A stretch of DNA of 64,000 nucleotides from Minisyncoccota bacterium (GTDB lineage Bacteria > Patescibacteriota > Minisyncoccia > Phycocordibacterales > UBA5272): NCBI GenBank assembly GCA_041651055.1, contig JBAZJW010000001.1:242661-306660 (forward strand), given 5' to 3'. The number at the start of each line of letters is the position of its first letter. Within the stretch, counting starts at the first letter, position 1. The notes below the pieces were generated by a model. It was not told the origin of the DNA, did not search any database, and worked only from the letters and a program-made list of their open reading frames with translations. This document shows positions 10,026 to 18,728 of the stretch, piece by piece. The position numbers and the translations under genes are program-made.

Positions 10026-10260
10026 ATGCAATTAAGGTCTTAAGTTTTGGTTAATAGGTAGCAGCTACAGAAACACGTGACGAGAACCCTTATCAATAAA
10101 GTTCTCCTATTCTAACCCGAAATTGCAAAATATGCAAGTGTGTGGTAGTGGATACGGAGACAGTTATTAATAATTAGTTATTGGTGGAATCAACACAATT
10201 TAATTGCGAATTTTCCGTATTAACTAATAACTAATTACCAATAACTAATTACTTTATCTT

Positions 10261-10881
10261 TTATCTTGAGTAATACTCGAGAACCTTCTGTGTGTCGAAC
10301 ATTGGCTCAACCTCACGAGGCATACCGACAACTGTCGATGAAAGAGTCTGAGGATTCACGGTAACGATATGACTTGGCGTCATTCCCATTAACTTTTCAG
10401 CTAAACCAAGGAAAACCTTTGCAGACTTACTACCCTCACGGATAGAAATAATGTCTCCAATTTTCACCTGGTGAGATGAAATGTTTATACGACGGCCGTT
10501 TACTAAAATGTGTCCATGAGATACAAGCTGACGTGCGAGCGCACGAGTGTTTGCAAAACCTGAACGATACACCATGTTGTCGAGTCGTGATTCAAGCTCA
10601 CGTGCAAGTTTGAGCGCTGGAGTAACAGATCCGTCCCCAGACTCATGTGACGCAGTCGCACGCTTAACATACATAGAAAACTGCTTTTCCATGAGACCGT
10701 AGGTAATACGCATCTTCTGCTTAGCTTTCAACTGTTCTCCATATTCTGAAGAATTAGAACGGTGCTTACGTTCACTATCGAGCTTTCCAGGAGCATATGG
10801 ACGCTTTTTGAAGGCGCACTTCTCACGGCCACATAGTGACTCCCCTAGACGACGGCAACTTTTACAGGTGATTCTACTCAT
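10261..10881 (-). CDS. rpsD: 30S ribosomal protein S4
   Basis: CKSCRRLG Zn-type N-terminus, LESRLDNMVYR, ARQLVSHGH. Start set at MSRITC. Confidence 0.97.
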   Translation of the reverse strand: MSRITCKSCRRLGESLCGREKCAFKKRPYAPGKLDSERKHRSNSSEYGEQLKAKQKMRITYGLMEKQFSMYVKRATASHESGDGSVTPALKLARELESRLDNMVYRSGFANTRALARQLVSHGHILVNGRRINISSHQVKIGDIISIREGSKSAKVFLGLAEKLMGMTPSHIVTVNPQTLSSTVVGMPREVEPMFDTQKVLEYYSR

Positions 10882-10885
10882 AATT

Positions 10886-11320
10886 TTATACGTGACGAGG
10901 CTTACGTGCCTTTGGTCCATTGTGTGGAACCGGTGTCTTATCAATAATTGAAACAATCTCTACACCAAAGGTAGAAAAACCTCGGATAGCTGACTCACGG
11001 CCAGATCCAACTCCTTTCACAATAACATTGACTTCTTTGAGGCCAACCTGCTGTGCTTTCTCACCAATAAGCTCACCAATCTTTGATGCAGCAAACGGTG
11101 TTCCTTTCTTTGCCCCCTTGAATCCAAGAGAACCAGATGAAGACCACGCAAGAATGTTTCCAAATCTATCTGAGAGAGAAAGACGAGTGTTGTTGTATGA
11201 AGACTCAACATAGAGTGTTCCTTCAACAATCTTCTTCTTGATTACTTTTGCAAGTGATCGTGCCTTAAGAGCGCTATCAACGCCTGAGCTATTCTTTTTT
11301 ACGATTCGTTTTTTTCCCAT
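10886..11320 (-). CDS. rpsK: 30S ribosomal protein S11
   Basis: SSYNNT, GFKGAKKGTPFAA, TPVPHNG. Confidence 0.98.
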   Translation of the reverse strand: MGKKRIVKKNSSGVDSALKARSLAKVIKKKIVEGTLYVESSYNNTRLSLSDRFGNILAWSSSGSLGFKGAKKGTPFAASKIGELIGEKAQQVGLKEVNVIVKGVGSGRESAIRGFSTFGVEIVSIIDKTPVPHNGPKARKPRHV

Positions 11321-11336
11321 AGGTTTATATTAAATT

Positions 11337-11717
11337 TTATGTCTTCTCTGTCTTACGGCGACCACTTCCCATCGTACGGCGTACGTTTCCACGGACAGTG
11401 CGACTGTTGGTCTTGGTACGCTGTCCACGAGCTGGTAGATGACGGATGTGACGGATACCTCGGTAAGCTTTGATATCCTTCAAGCGTTTGATGTTTTGCT
11501 GTGTCTCACGCTTTAGATCTCCTTCTGTCTTGAAAAGTTCAATTTCGCGACGGATGAGGTTTTCCTGGTCTGCAGTGAGTTCTGTAGTCTTCATGCCGAC
11601 ATCAAGACCGAGTTTCTCGATAATTGTCTTAGCACGAGGACGTCCCACACCATACACTGCCGTGAGGGCAATTTCGAGACGCTTATTTTCTGGGAGGTTG
11701 ATACCGGAGATACGCAT
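11337..11717 (-). CDS. rpsM: 30S ribosomal protein S13
   Basis: RISGINLP, YRGIRH, RGQRTKTNSRT. Confidence 0.98.
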   Translation of the reverse strand: MRISGINLPENKRLEIALTAVYGVGRPRAKTIIEKLGLDVGMKTTELTADQENLIRREIELFKTEGDLKRETQQNIKRLKDIKAYRGIRHIRHLPARGQRTKTNSRTVRGNVRRTMGSGRRKTEKT

Positions 11718-11772
11718 GGTGGATAGATGTTTAGATTAGACTTTTGAAAATCAGATACGGATACTTTATTAG

Positions 11773-11886
11773 CTAGCCCTGAGCTTGCTTATGCTTAGGA
11801 TTCTCACAAATAACACGAAGAACTCCGCCTCGTTTAAGCATTTGGCACTTGGCGCAAACTTTCTTTACTGATGATCGTACTTTCAT
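11773..11886 (-). CDS. rpmJ: 50S ribosomal protein L36 (not in the ORF track)
   Basis: Hand translation gives [37 protein letters not shown]. Confidence 0.97.
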   Translation of the reverse strand: MKVRSSVKKVCAKCQMLKRGGVLRVICENPKHKQAQG

Positions 11887-12015
11887 GAGAAATGTGGTTG
11901 ATATTATACTATATTCTTAAAAACTTTGCAAATTACAAGACCTGTTTAAGTATTGAGAGATAGCGGTTGGGTGTTAAGTGTTACCTAACTCCTAACCGTT
12001 AACCCTCAAAAATGT

Positions 12016-12228
12016 CTACAGTCTCTTAATAATTCGCCCCTTTCCTCCATAAGGATCCACTTGAACGGTAACCTTGTCACCGACAAGTACTTTTATCTTA
12101 TGGACACGCATACGGCCACCAAGATATGAAATAAGAACCTTTCCATCTGGCCCCTCCACACGAAAGAGTGTGCTAGGGAGCGCTTCAATTACGCGACCGT
12201 CAAATGTTTCGATATCTTTTTCATCCAT
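12016..12228 (-). CDS. infA: Translation initiation factor IF-1
   Basis: GRVIEALPSTLFRV, GRMRVHKIKVLVGDKV, KGRII. Confidence 0.95.
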   Translation of the reverse strand: MDEKDIETFDGRVIEALPSTLFRVEGPDGKVLISYLGGRMRVHKIKVLVGDKVTVQVDPYGGKGRIIKRL

Positions 12229-12267
12229 AAAGTAGAGAACCCAGTGTATCAGAGATTACCTTTTATA

Positions 12268-13668
12268 TCAACGCTTTGGCAAAGATTCTACGACACGTAT
12301 CTTCGAAACCTCACTTGGAAAACGAGAAAGCCATAAAGGTGAGAAGCTTATCTCCCCTCCTTCGACAGATTCTACTGTTCTCATGAGTGGCTGGAATTCA
12401 TCACGCTTCTTTCCTGCAAGCATTTCTTTGATGGCGTCATTCGGTGTAACCCATGTGATACGTGGAGATCCGACGACGAGAACTTCGACACTCGCATCCG
12501 TCGCTACGTTCGCAGTATCTTTGATGGTATAGGTGAGCGTATCTTCATATCCTAGACGTACCGACTCACCTTTGTAATCCCGCACATCTTCCGCCAATTC
12601 TTTTGCAAAGAGTGCACTGTCTGCAAACATCAAATACCCCGTAGCAGTGACCGTATACGTAGCTGTAGCACCTTGTAAGACGTCTTGTTCGTTATCGGTG
12701 TAAACAACACTTACCGCAGAATAGAGTCCTGTATAGCCTTCCTTTTTCGTTTTTGCAAGGTCTGCTTTTACTTCTTGAGCGAGTTCAAGAGCGAATTCAT
12801 CTTTGGCAGCATTGATATCAGAAAGAGACGCCAGAGAGACATTACCTGAAGATCCTCCTGTGATAGCGCCATTTCCTCGTGCATAAAATCCCGTAAAGCG
12901 AGGTGAGCCCTTAAAGCCTGGAATAGTGAAGTCTGTTGCGGCGCTATTGTAGTCTGCTCCATAACTATCTGCATACACCGTGACTTCTATACTTCCAGGA
13001 ACATCACCTTTCATACCTGGAACAGTGATCGACTGACTGATACGGTAAATCTTTCCAGAAGCAGATTCAAAACGAGTGTTCTTAATAAGCTTCTGAGGCG
13101 CGCTGTCGAATTTGTTGTAAATAATAATTCTACCGGAAGCTTTTGCTTCTACTTTTTTGGTTTCAGAAAGTGTAAGTGTTTTTGATTTTGTAACGGACGA
13201 TGTAGCGACAACAAAAGGCACACCACTGCTTTCTCTACTGAAAACAACAGTCTTGTGCACCTCGATATCTTGATGCTTCGGAATAATTGTCGCTGTCGCT
13301 CTATCAAAAACATACGTGAGAAGTCCAGCACCGCCAGCTACGATGACAATAGTCGTAATGAATGCCCATGTTCCGAAAGAACTCTGTCGTCGTACATACT
13401 GAGTACGAGGGTCACGATATTCTACATCCGGTCGCACACGTTCACGAGGATATTCTTCTTGTTCTAGCTCTTCTCCATGCCGGCGAGGGTACATTTCCAT
13501 TTGATCTACATTTCTACGTGAACGAAAAGCTCGCGAAGGAATAACGACGGGTTCTTCTTCATACTCGTCACGAGAAGAAGCGTATGAGTTGGACTCAAAC
13601 TGAGCCACGCGTGATGGTAAGTCGCGATTAGATTTTGAACGAGTGTATGGTTTGCGAATGTCTTGCAT
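12268..13668 (-). CDS. Membrane-anchored protein with a baseplate J/gp47-like extracellular domain
   Basis: Charged disordered N-terminus, one TM helix (WAFITTIVIVAGGAGLL), then KASGRIIIYN..TRF..ITVPG..VTVYADSYGADYN..ITGG, a pattern typical of this family. Confidence 0.65.
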   Translation of the reverse strand: MQDIRKPYTRSKSNRDLPSRVAQFESNSYASSRDEYEEEPVVIPSRAFRSRRNVDQMEMYPRRHGEELEQEEYPRERVRPDVEYRDPRTQYVRRQSSFGTWAFITTIVIVAGGAGLLTYVFDRATATIIPKHQDIEVHKTVVFSRESSGVPFVVATSSVTKSKTLTLSETKKVEAKASGRIIIYNKFDSAPQKLIKNTRFESASGKIYRISQSITVPGMKGDVPGSIEVTVYADSYGADYNSAATDFTIPGFKGSPRFTGFYARGNGAITGGSSGNVSLASLSDINAAKDEFALELAQEVKADLAKTKKEGYTGLYSAVSVVYTDNEQDVLQGATATYTVTATGYLMFADSALFAKELAEDVRDYKGESVRLGYEDTLTYTIKDTANVATDASVEVLVVGSPRITWVTPNDAIKEMLAGKKRDEFQPLMRTVESVEGGEISFSPLWLSRFPSEVSKIRVVESLPKR

Positions 13669-14011
13669 AAGAGAGAGGAACGTTCTGTGTCCCCTCTAGT
13701 GTAACACTTACTGGTACTCCGTCTGTATAAAACTGTGCATAAGAACCGCCTTCAAGTGTTTCACCTATCCATGTCGCGTAGCGTGATGCTGTGAGATGAA
13801 AGTTTGTTGGTATGCGATCTTGTAAAGAAATAAATTCGAGCGTATAGAGAACACCATCGAGAAGTTTTGAACCTGCGATAACATTCATACCTTCTGCTTC
13901 GATATGTTTGAATCCTATTGGGTGCGTGTGCGAGACGAGAACCTTTCCGTCGACAACATAATTAACAAGCGTAGCAGAATCTCCGACAGCAATAGAGAGG
14001 TATGGGGTCAT
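13628..14011 (-). CDS. Hypothetical protein resembling a fragment of an FtsA/PilM actin-like domain
   Basis: LSIAVGDSATLVNYVVDGKV..HPIG resembles the phosphate-2 strand region. Overlaps the start of the downstream gene. Confidence 0.45.
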   Translation of the reverse strand: MTPYLSIAVGDSATLVNYVVDGKVLVSHTHPIGFKHIEAEGMNVIAGSKLLDGVLYTLEFISLQDRIPTNFHLTASRYATWIGETLEGGSYAQFYTDGVPVSVTLEGTQNVPLSYARHSQTIHSFKI

Positions 14012-14133
14012 GAGTACAGTTTATAGTTTATAGGTGATAGTTACTAGTGGACAAATACGTATAGGCTTCTAAATATTCAATGAAACAATATTCAAAAAAA
14101 CACAAAATACTTCGAACCAACTACTCAGAATCA

Positions 14134-14256
14134 CTTTGTTCTAAAATTATTTTAGATGCGAGGCACGGAGAAGCGAAAGAGGAGACGTAGTTAATGCTAC
14201 GTTGACGAATGAGAGAGGCTCCGTAACGAAGCAGATGAAATAATTTTAAGACAAAG
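14134..14256 (+). repeat. ERIC-like structured repeat, copy 3 (overlaps alaS stop)
   Basis: CGAGGC...GGAGACGTAGTTAATGCTACGTTGACGAA...AACGAAG. The apical core is identical to copy 4. Confidence 0.8.
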
Positions 14257-16195
14257 CTGCTTTTATGCGGCGGACACCGGCCGACACAGCCTCTTCTTTT
14301 ACGATTTTGAATGGTCCACTTGTGCTATTTGAGTCGTGCCCTTGGTTGCTACCAAGTGCATCTCGAGTACCAACGGCGAGTACGCCTGTACTCTCGACAT
14401 GCGGCCCACCACACATTTCAATTGAGAATAGATCAGCATCACCACGAGACTTTCCTTCACCTATTCTATAAATACTCACCTTGTCACCATACTTATCACT
14501 AAAGAGGCCCATTGCTCCGCGAGCCTTTGCTTCTTCGATAGATATTTCTTCGCGAATCACTGGAAGATTTTCTTGTATCTTAGCATTGATGATATCTTCA
14601 ACCTGTTTTTTCTGTTCATCGGTCATCTTTTCTCCGTATGCAAAGTCGAAACGTAAGCGCTCAGGTGTAATGTTGGAACCTTTCTGTACAACACTCGGAC
14701 CGAGTACTGTCTGAAGCGCCTGATGAAGCATGTGAGTCGCTGTGTGATACTTAGTTTCCATTTCTCCGTCACCTCCCAATCCACCTTTGAACTTTCCAGC
14801 AGATGCCGTACGAGAACTTTCTGAATGTTTATTTTTTTCTTCCGCAAAACTTACCATATCAACCGCCAACCCTTTTTCTTTTGCCAATTCTTCTGTGAGT
14901 TCAATTGGAAATCCATACGACTGCAGTAAATCAAAAGCATCAACACCAGAAATATTTCCACCCGTCAGCTTTTCGAACTGCTTAATACCCTTTTCAAGCG
15001 TTGCCCTGAATTTAGTTTCCTCTTTATCGAGTTCATTCAAAATTACTTCTCGTTTTTCTTCGAGGTTCTTGTATTCATCTTTGTAGACGTCGATAAACGA
15101 AGCTCCGATTTCTTTGGTGAAATTTTCAGTCACACCCAAGTTACGAGCAAAGCGCACCGCTCGACGAATAAGACGACGCACGAAATACATCTGATCTTTA
15201 TTTCCTGGCATCACACCATCACTAATGAGAAATGTCGCTGAACGAATATGATCAAGTACGACACGGTATGCATACACTTCAATATCACTTGTACCATATA
15301 CTTTCCCTGAAAGTCTCTCGATTGTTTTCTTTGGTGCATCGAATACATCGATATTAAACATGTCAGGGTCATTACGAAGCGCTGCAGCATATCGCTCAAG
15401 CCCACTACCATGATCCACGTTCATTTGAGGAAGCTCTTCAAAGCCTGTGCCTACTTTCTTGTATTGCATGAACACATTGTTTCCTATTTCGAGGAAACGT
15501 CCACAGTCACAGTTCACATGACAAGGCGAGGCCTTGTAAGCACTGTTCTCGTGCATCTTTTTCTCAAGCGTCGGATCAAAATCATAAAACATTTCAGAGT
15601 CCGGTCCGCCTGGTTCACCTTCAGGCATATTTGCTGGCACACCACTTCGTGACCACCAATTCTTCTTCTCACTGTAATAAAAAATCTTTTCGCCGTCATA
15701 TATCCCTCCTTCTGGATTTTCATTTATCTTCGCAGCTATCCCCTTCTCCGCGAAAAGCTTCTGCCACAACTCTGCTGAATAGGTATCTCGTGGCACACCA
15801 AGCGCGTCATTACCTGCAAAACAGGTTACATAAAAATTATTCGGATCGAGTTTAAGTTCATCGATAAGAAATGTCCACATCCATGTAATTTCTTCTTCTT
15901 TGAAATAATCTCCGAATGACCAGTTGCCGAGCATCTCAAAGAATGTCGTATGACGATTGTCCCCCACCTCTTCTATATCTCCAGAACGAAACGCTTTCTG
16001 TGAGTCAGCAATACGAAGCCCGAGCGGGTGAGGTTGACCAAGAAGATATGGAAGCATCGGTTGCATTCCACTGCCCGTAAAGAGTGTCGTTGGGTCATTT
16101 TCTGGTACAAGAGAAGCGCTCGGGACAATGGCGTGTCCTTTCTCTTTCATATATTCAAGAAACTTGGAACGGATTTGGTTGACAGTAAGTAGCAT
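14246..16195 (-). CDS. alaS: Alanine--tRNA ligase (lacks C-Ala domain)
   Basis: DPTTLFTGSGMQP, RHTTFFEMLGN and editing motifs HTATH...CGGPHV. Ends shortly after GVRRI. Confidence 0.97.
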   Translation of the reverse strand: MLLTVNQIRSKFLEYMKEKGHAIVPSASLVPENDPTTLFTGSGMQPMLPYLLGQPHPLGLRIADSQKAFRSGDIEEVGDNRHTTFFEMLGNWSFGDYFKEEEITWMWTFLIDELKLDPNNFYVTCFAGNDALGVPRDTYSAELWQKLFAEKGIAAKINENPEGGIYDGEKIFYYSEKKNWWSRSGVPANMPEGEPGGPDSEMFYDFDPTLEKKMHENSAYKASPCHVNCDCGRFLEIGNNVFMQYKKVGTGFEELPQMNVDHGSGLERYAAALRNDPDMFNIDVFDAPKKTIERLSGKVYGTSDIEVYAYRVVLDHIRSATFLISDGVMPGNKDQMYFVRRLIRRAVRFARNLGVTENFTKEIGASFIDVYKDEYKNLEEKREVILNELDKEETKFRATLEKGIKQFEKLTGGNISGVDAFDLLQSYGFPIELTEELAKEKGLAVDMVSFAEEKNKHSESSRTASAGKFKGGLGGDGEMETKYHTATHMLHQALQTVLGPSVVQKGSNITPERLRFDFAYGEKMTDEQKKQVEDIINAKIQENLPVIREEISIEEAKARGAMGLFSDKYGDKVSIYRIGEGKSRGDADLFSIEMCGGPHVESTGVLAVGTRDALGSNQGHDSNSTSGPFKIVKEEAVSAGVRRIKAALS

Positions 16196-16225
16196 AATTA
16201 TTTGATTATACCGTAAAATTTACAA

Positions 16226-16452
16226 TAAAAAAACCGAAGCTGATTGCTTCAGTTGACCCCCGACAACAGCATAACTTCCACAAGTCTTGTCGTTGTCGGG
16301 GTATCTCACATAACAGTATTGTTATGCATAGTCTTGAAGCCGGACATCGTCCTATAACTTCATCAAGTCACTTTCTCTCTTACTTTTCCCTGTTATGTCG
16401 AAGTTCAGATACCTATGTGACTATAGTTTTCTTAACGGAAAACAGCAATGAT
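16226..16452 (-). ncRNA. Candidate structured non-coding RNA or leader between ychF and alaS
   Basis: TATAAT at 16457-62, several stems (GGUAUCU/AGAUACC, ACAUAACAG/CUGUUAUGU, CCCCGACAAC/GUUGUCGGGG) and a terminator with a U-tract at about 16226-16254. No ORF of 60 aa or more. Confidence 0.5.
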
Positions 16453-16525
16453 TTTGATTATACATGAATACACCCAAAAAAACACCTGTATCCAGGGCAT
16501 ACAGAAACACTACCTGAGCCCTTTA

Positions 16526-17677
16526 TTAAATCTTAAACTCAATCACATCCCCATCTTTCACTATATATTCCTTCCCTTCCGTTCTTAGCACTCCTTTCGC
16601 TTTTGCTTCTGCATAATTTCCACACGCGACCAAGTCATGATACGCCACCACTTCTGCTCGGATGAATTTCGTTTCAAAATCAGAATGTATTGCCGCAGCC
16701 GCACGTGGCGCTGTTGAACCCTTTTTGATTGTCCACGCACGAGTCTCCATTTCCCCTGTTGTTAAATATGTCTCAAGACCGAGCAAGTCATACCCCGCTT
16801 TGATGAGTCCATCGATACCACTGTCATCTTTTTCTTTTCCCTCGACTCCAGTTGAATTCTTTGGTTCGACTCGGGACACATTCGAAAGAAGCATGCTTCG
16901 CATCTCTTCTTTCTCTGTGCCTTCGAATTCTTTCAATTCATCCTCTATCTTCGCATCGACAATTACATACGTGCATTTATTTTCTTTAAAATATGTAATG
17001 AGTTTTGCAAAGCGCTCATCATTCATCTCGTCCAAATTCTTCCCACCTGACTGCTTATTCAAAACATACAAAAACGGCTTCATAGTAATGAGGTGCAAAT
17101 CACGCACAAGCTTCGCCTCCTCCTGATCAAAAGAAAGTGTGTTGGCGAGCTTCTCTGCTTCCAAATGTTTCTGCAATATTTCAAGCAAGCCTTGCAACTT
17201 GATAGCATCTTTATCTCCACGTTTTACATCTCTACCAATAGTCTGACTTCGCTTCTCCACCGTCTGCATATCCGCTAGAATAAGTTCCATGTTAATGATC
17301 TCAATATCTCGAAGTGGGTCCACGGTACCCTCCACGTGAATAAGTTCACTGTTTTCATAAATACGCACCACTTCTGCGATAGCATCTGTCTCACGAATAT
17401 GTGAGAGGAATGCGTTACCGAGTCCTTCACCACTTGATGCCCCTTTCACGAGCCCTGCGATATCCACGAATTCCACAATAGCGGGAATCAATTTCTTTGA
17501 ACCAGAAATTTTGGAAAGCACAGCGAGACGTGCATCAGGTACAGGAACTACACCCACCGATGGATCGATAGTACAAAAAGGATAATTATCCGCAGGTACC
17601 GACTTATTCGTAATGGCGTTAAAGAGTGTCGACTTACCAACGTTTGGCAGTCCGACGATTCCGATAGATAAAGACAT
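16526..17677 (-). CDS. ychF: Ribosome-binding ATPase YchF
   Basis: GIVGLPNVGKST, YPFCTIDP, DIAGLVKGAS and a TGS C-terminus. Confidence 0.97.
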   Translation of the reverse strand: MSLSIGIVGLPNVGKSTLFNAITNKSVPADNYPFCTIDPSVGVVPVPDARLAVLSKISGSKKLIPAIVEFVDIAGLVKGASSGEGLGNAFLSHIRETDAIAEVVRIYENSELIHVEGTVDPLRDIEIINMELILADMQTVEKRSQTIGRDVKRGDKDAIKLQGLLEILQKHLEAEKLANTLSFDQEEAKLVRDLHLITMKPFLYVLNKQSGGKNLDEMNDERFAKLITYFKENKCTYVIVDAKIEDELKEFEGTEKEEMRSMLLSNVSRVEPKNSTGVEGKEKDDSGIDGLIKAGYDLLGLETYLTTGEMETRAWTIKKGSTAPRAAAAIHSDFETKFIRAEVVAYHDLVACGNYAEAKAKGVLRTEGKEYIVKDGDVIEFKI

Positions 17678-17730
17678 AGTAAAAACTACTATAACAAAAA
17701 AGAGTAGCTTTTACTACTCTTTTTTGTTAT

Positions 17731-17961
17731 TTAATCTTGGAATAACCCTTGCAGTTCTTTTTGGTACTTTTTCATCACATCGAGGGAGGCATACATTTCT
17801 GGTTTGCCTTGCTTGGTAAGAACTTCGATTTCCTTAGCAATCTTCGAAAAAAGTTCAGGATTCTTTTCTACTGCTTTCGCGAGAAGTTCCTGCTGATCTT
17901 TCGGAAGACCTTTCGTTCCATGCTTTACCGCCTGCTTTACAAAAAAATCACGAATAGACAT
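17731..17961 (-). CDS. Small hypothetical helical protein
   Basis: 76 aa from MSIRDFF, starting immediately after the stop of the upstream DsbA-family gene. Confidence 0.7.
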   Translation of the reverse strand: MSIRDFFVKQAVKHGTKGLPKDQQELLAKAVEKNPELFSKIAKEIEVLTKQGKPEMYASLDVMKKYQKELQGLFQD

Positions 17962-17962
17962 A

Positions 17963-18619
17963 CTATTTTGCCGCTGCTTTAATAAGTGCATCGAAGGCTT
18001 CAACGGTCTGTGGACTTTCGATCATTTTGCCATTAATGAAAAAGGTTGGGGTACCTTGAATGCCAAGCTTTATCCCCTCTTGGTATTCCGCGAAAATCTT
18101 TTCTTCAACAGCCTTACTATTCATATCGTCAGAAAACTTCTTAATATCAAGTCCAAGTGTTGTTGCGTACGTCATAATAAAGTCACGTGCATTAAGTCCT
18201 GTTGACCATTCTGTTTGCTTTGCATACAAGATGTCATGCATTTCCCAAAACTTCCCTTGGATACCAGCTGCTTCTGAGGCCTTCGCTGAAAGAAGCGCAT
18301 TCTGGTGAATCTGCATAAGTGGAAAATGACGGAATACCACTTTAAGTGTTGCAGGATTTTGAATGAGCATTGTCTGAACAAGTTTTTCATATGCGCTACA
18401 TGCAGGACACTGGAAATCTCCGAATTCTACAAGTGTAACCTTACCATCCTGTGCTCCGCGGACATGGTCTGTTTCTGAAATAACCACTTCTTTTACCGCC
18501 TGTACTTGCCCTTTACTCATTGCGTAAAAATAGTATGCAAATAAAAGCACAATGATTGCAGCAAGCCCAGCAATAAATTTCCCCTGTGTTGTTTTTAGAA
18601 AGTGTTGTAGTTTTTTCAT
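17963..18619 (-). CDS. DsbA-family thiol-disulfide oxidoreductase, membrane anchored
   Basis: N-terminal TM helix, EFGDFQCPAC, FRHFPL, GTPTFFING. Confidence 0.92.
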   Translation of the reverse strand: MKKLQHFLKTTQGKFIAGLAAIIVLLFAYYFYAMSKGQVQAVKEVVISETDHVRGAQDGKVTLVEFGDFQCPACSAYEKLVQTMLIQNPATLKVVFRHFPLMQIHQNALLSAKASEAAGIQGKFWEMHDILYAKQTEWSTGLNARDFIMTYATTLGLDIKKFSDDMNSKAVEEKIFAEYQEGIKLGIQGTPTFFINGKMIESPQTVEAFDALIKAAAK

Positions 18620-18660
18620 AATATGAGAAACAGTATACCAGTTTACAGCTTACAGTCTAC

Positions 18661-18703
18661 AGAAAACAAAGAGCGGCGCCTACGGCGCCGCTCTTTGTTT
18701 TCT
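18661..18703. terminator. Intrinsic terminator (20-bp stem)
   Basis: AGAAAACAAAGAGCGGCGCC-TAC-GGCGCCGCTCTTTGTTTTCT. Confidence 0.8.
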
Positions 18704-18728
18704 ATCTCTCTCCTTTATGCTCTCCCCT

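Noticed and set aside
12268-12270. Alternative genetic code (UGA=Gly as in Gracilibacteria/SR1)
   Set aside because: Core genes are full length under code 11 and TGA serves as a plausible stop (e.g. 12268, 20309).
16226-16452. Possible Ala T-box upstream of alaS
   Set aside because: There is a purine-rich AGUA/AGAGA segment but no UGGUACC-type bulge or antiterminator, and alaS has its own promoter after the terminator.
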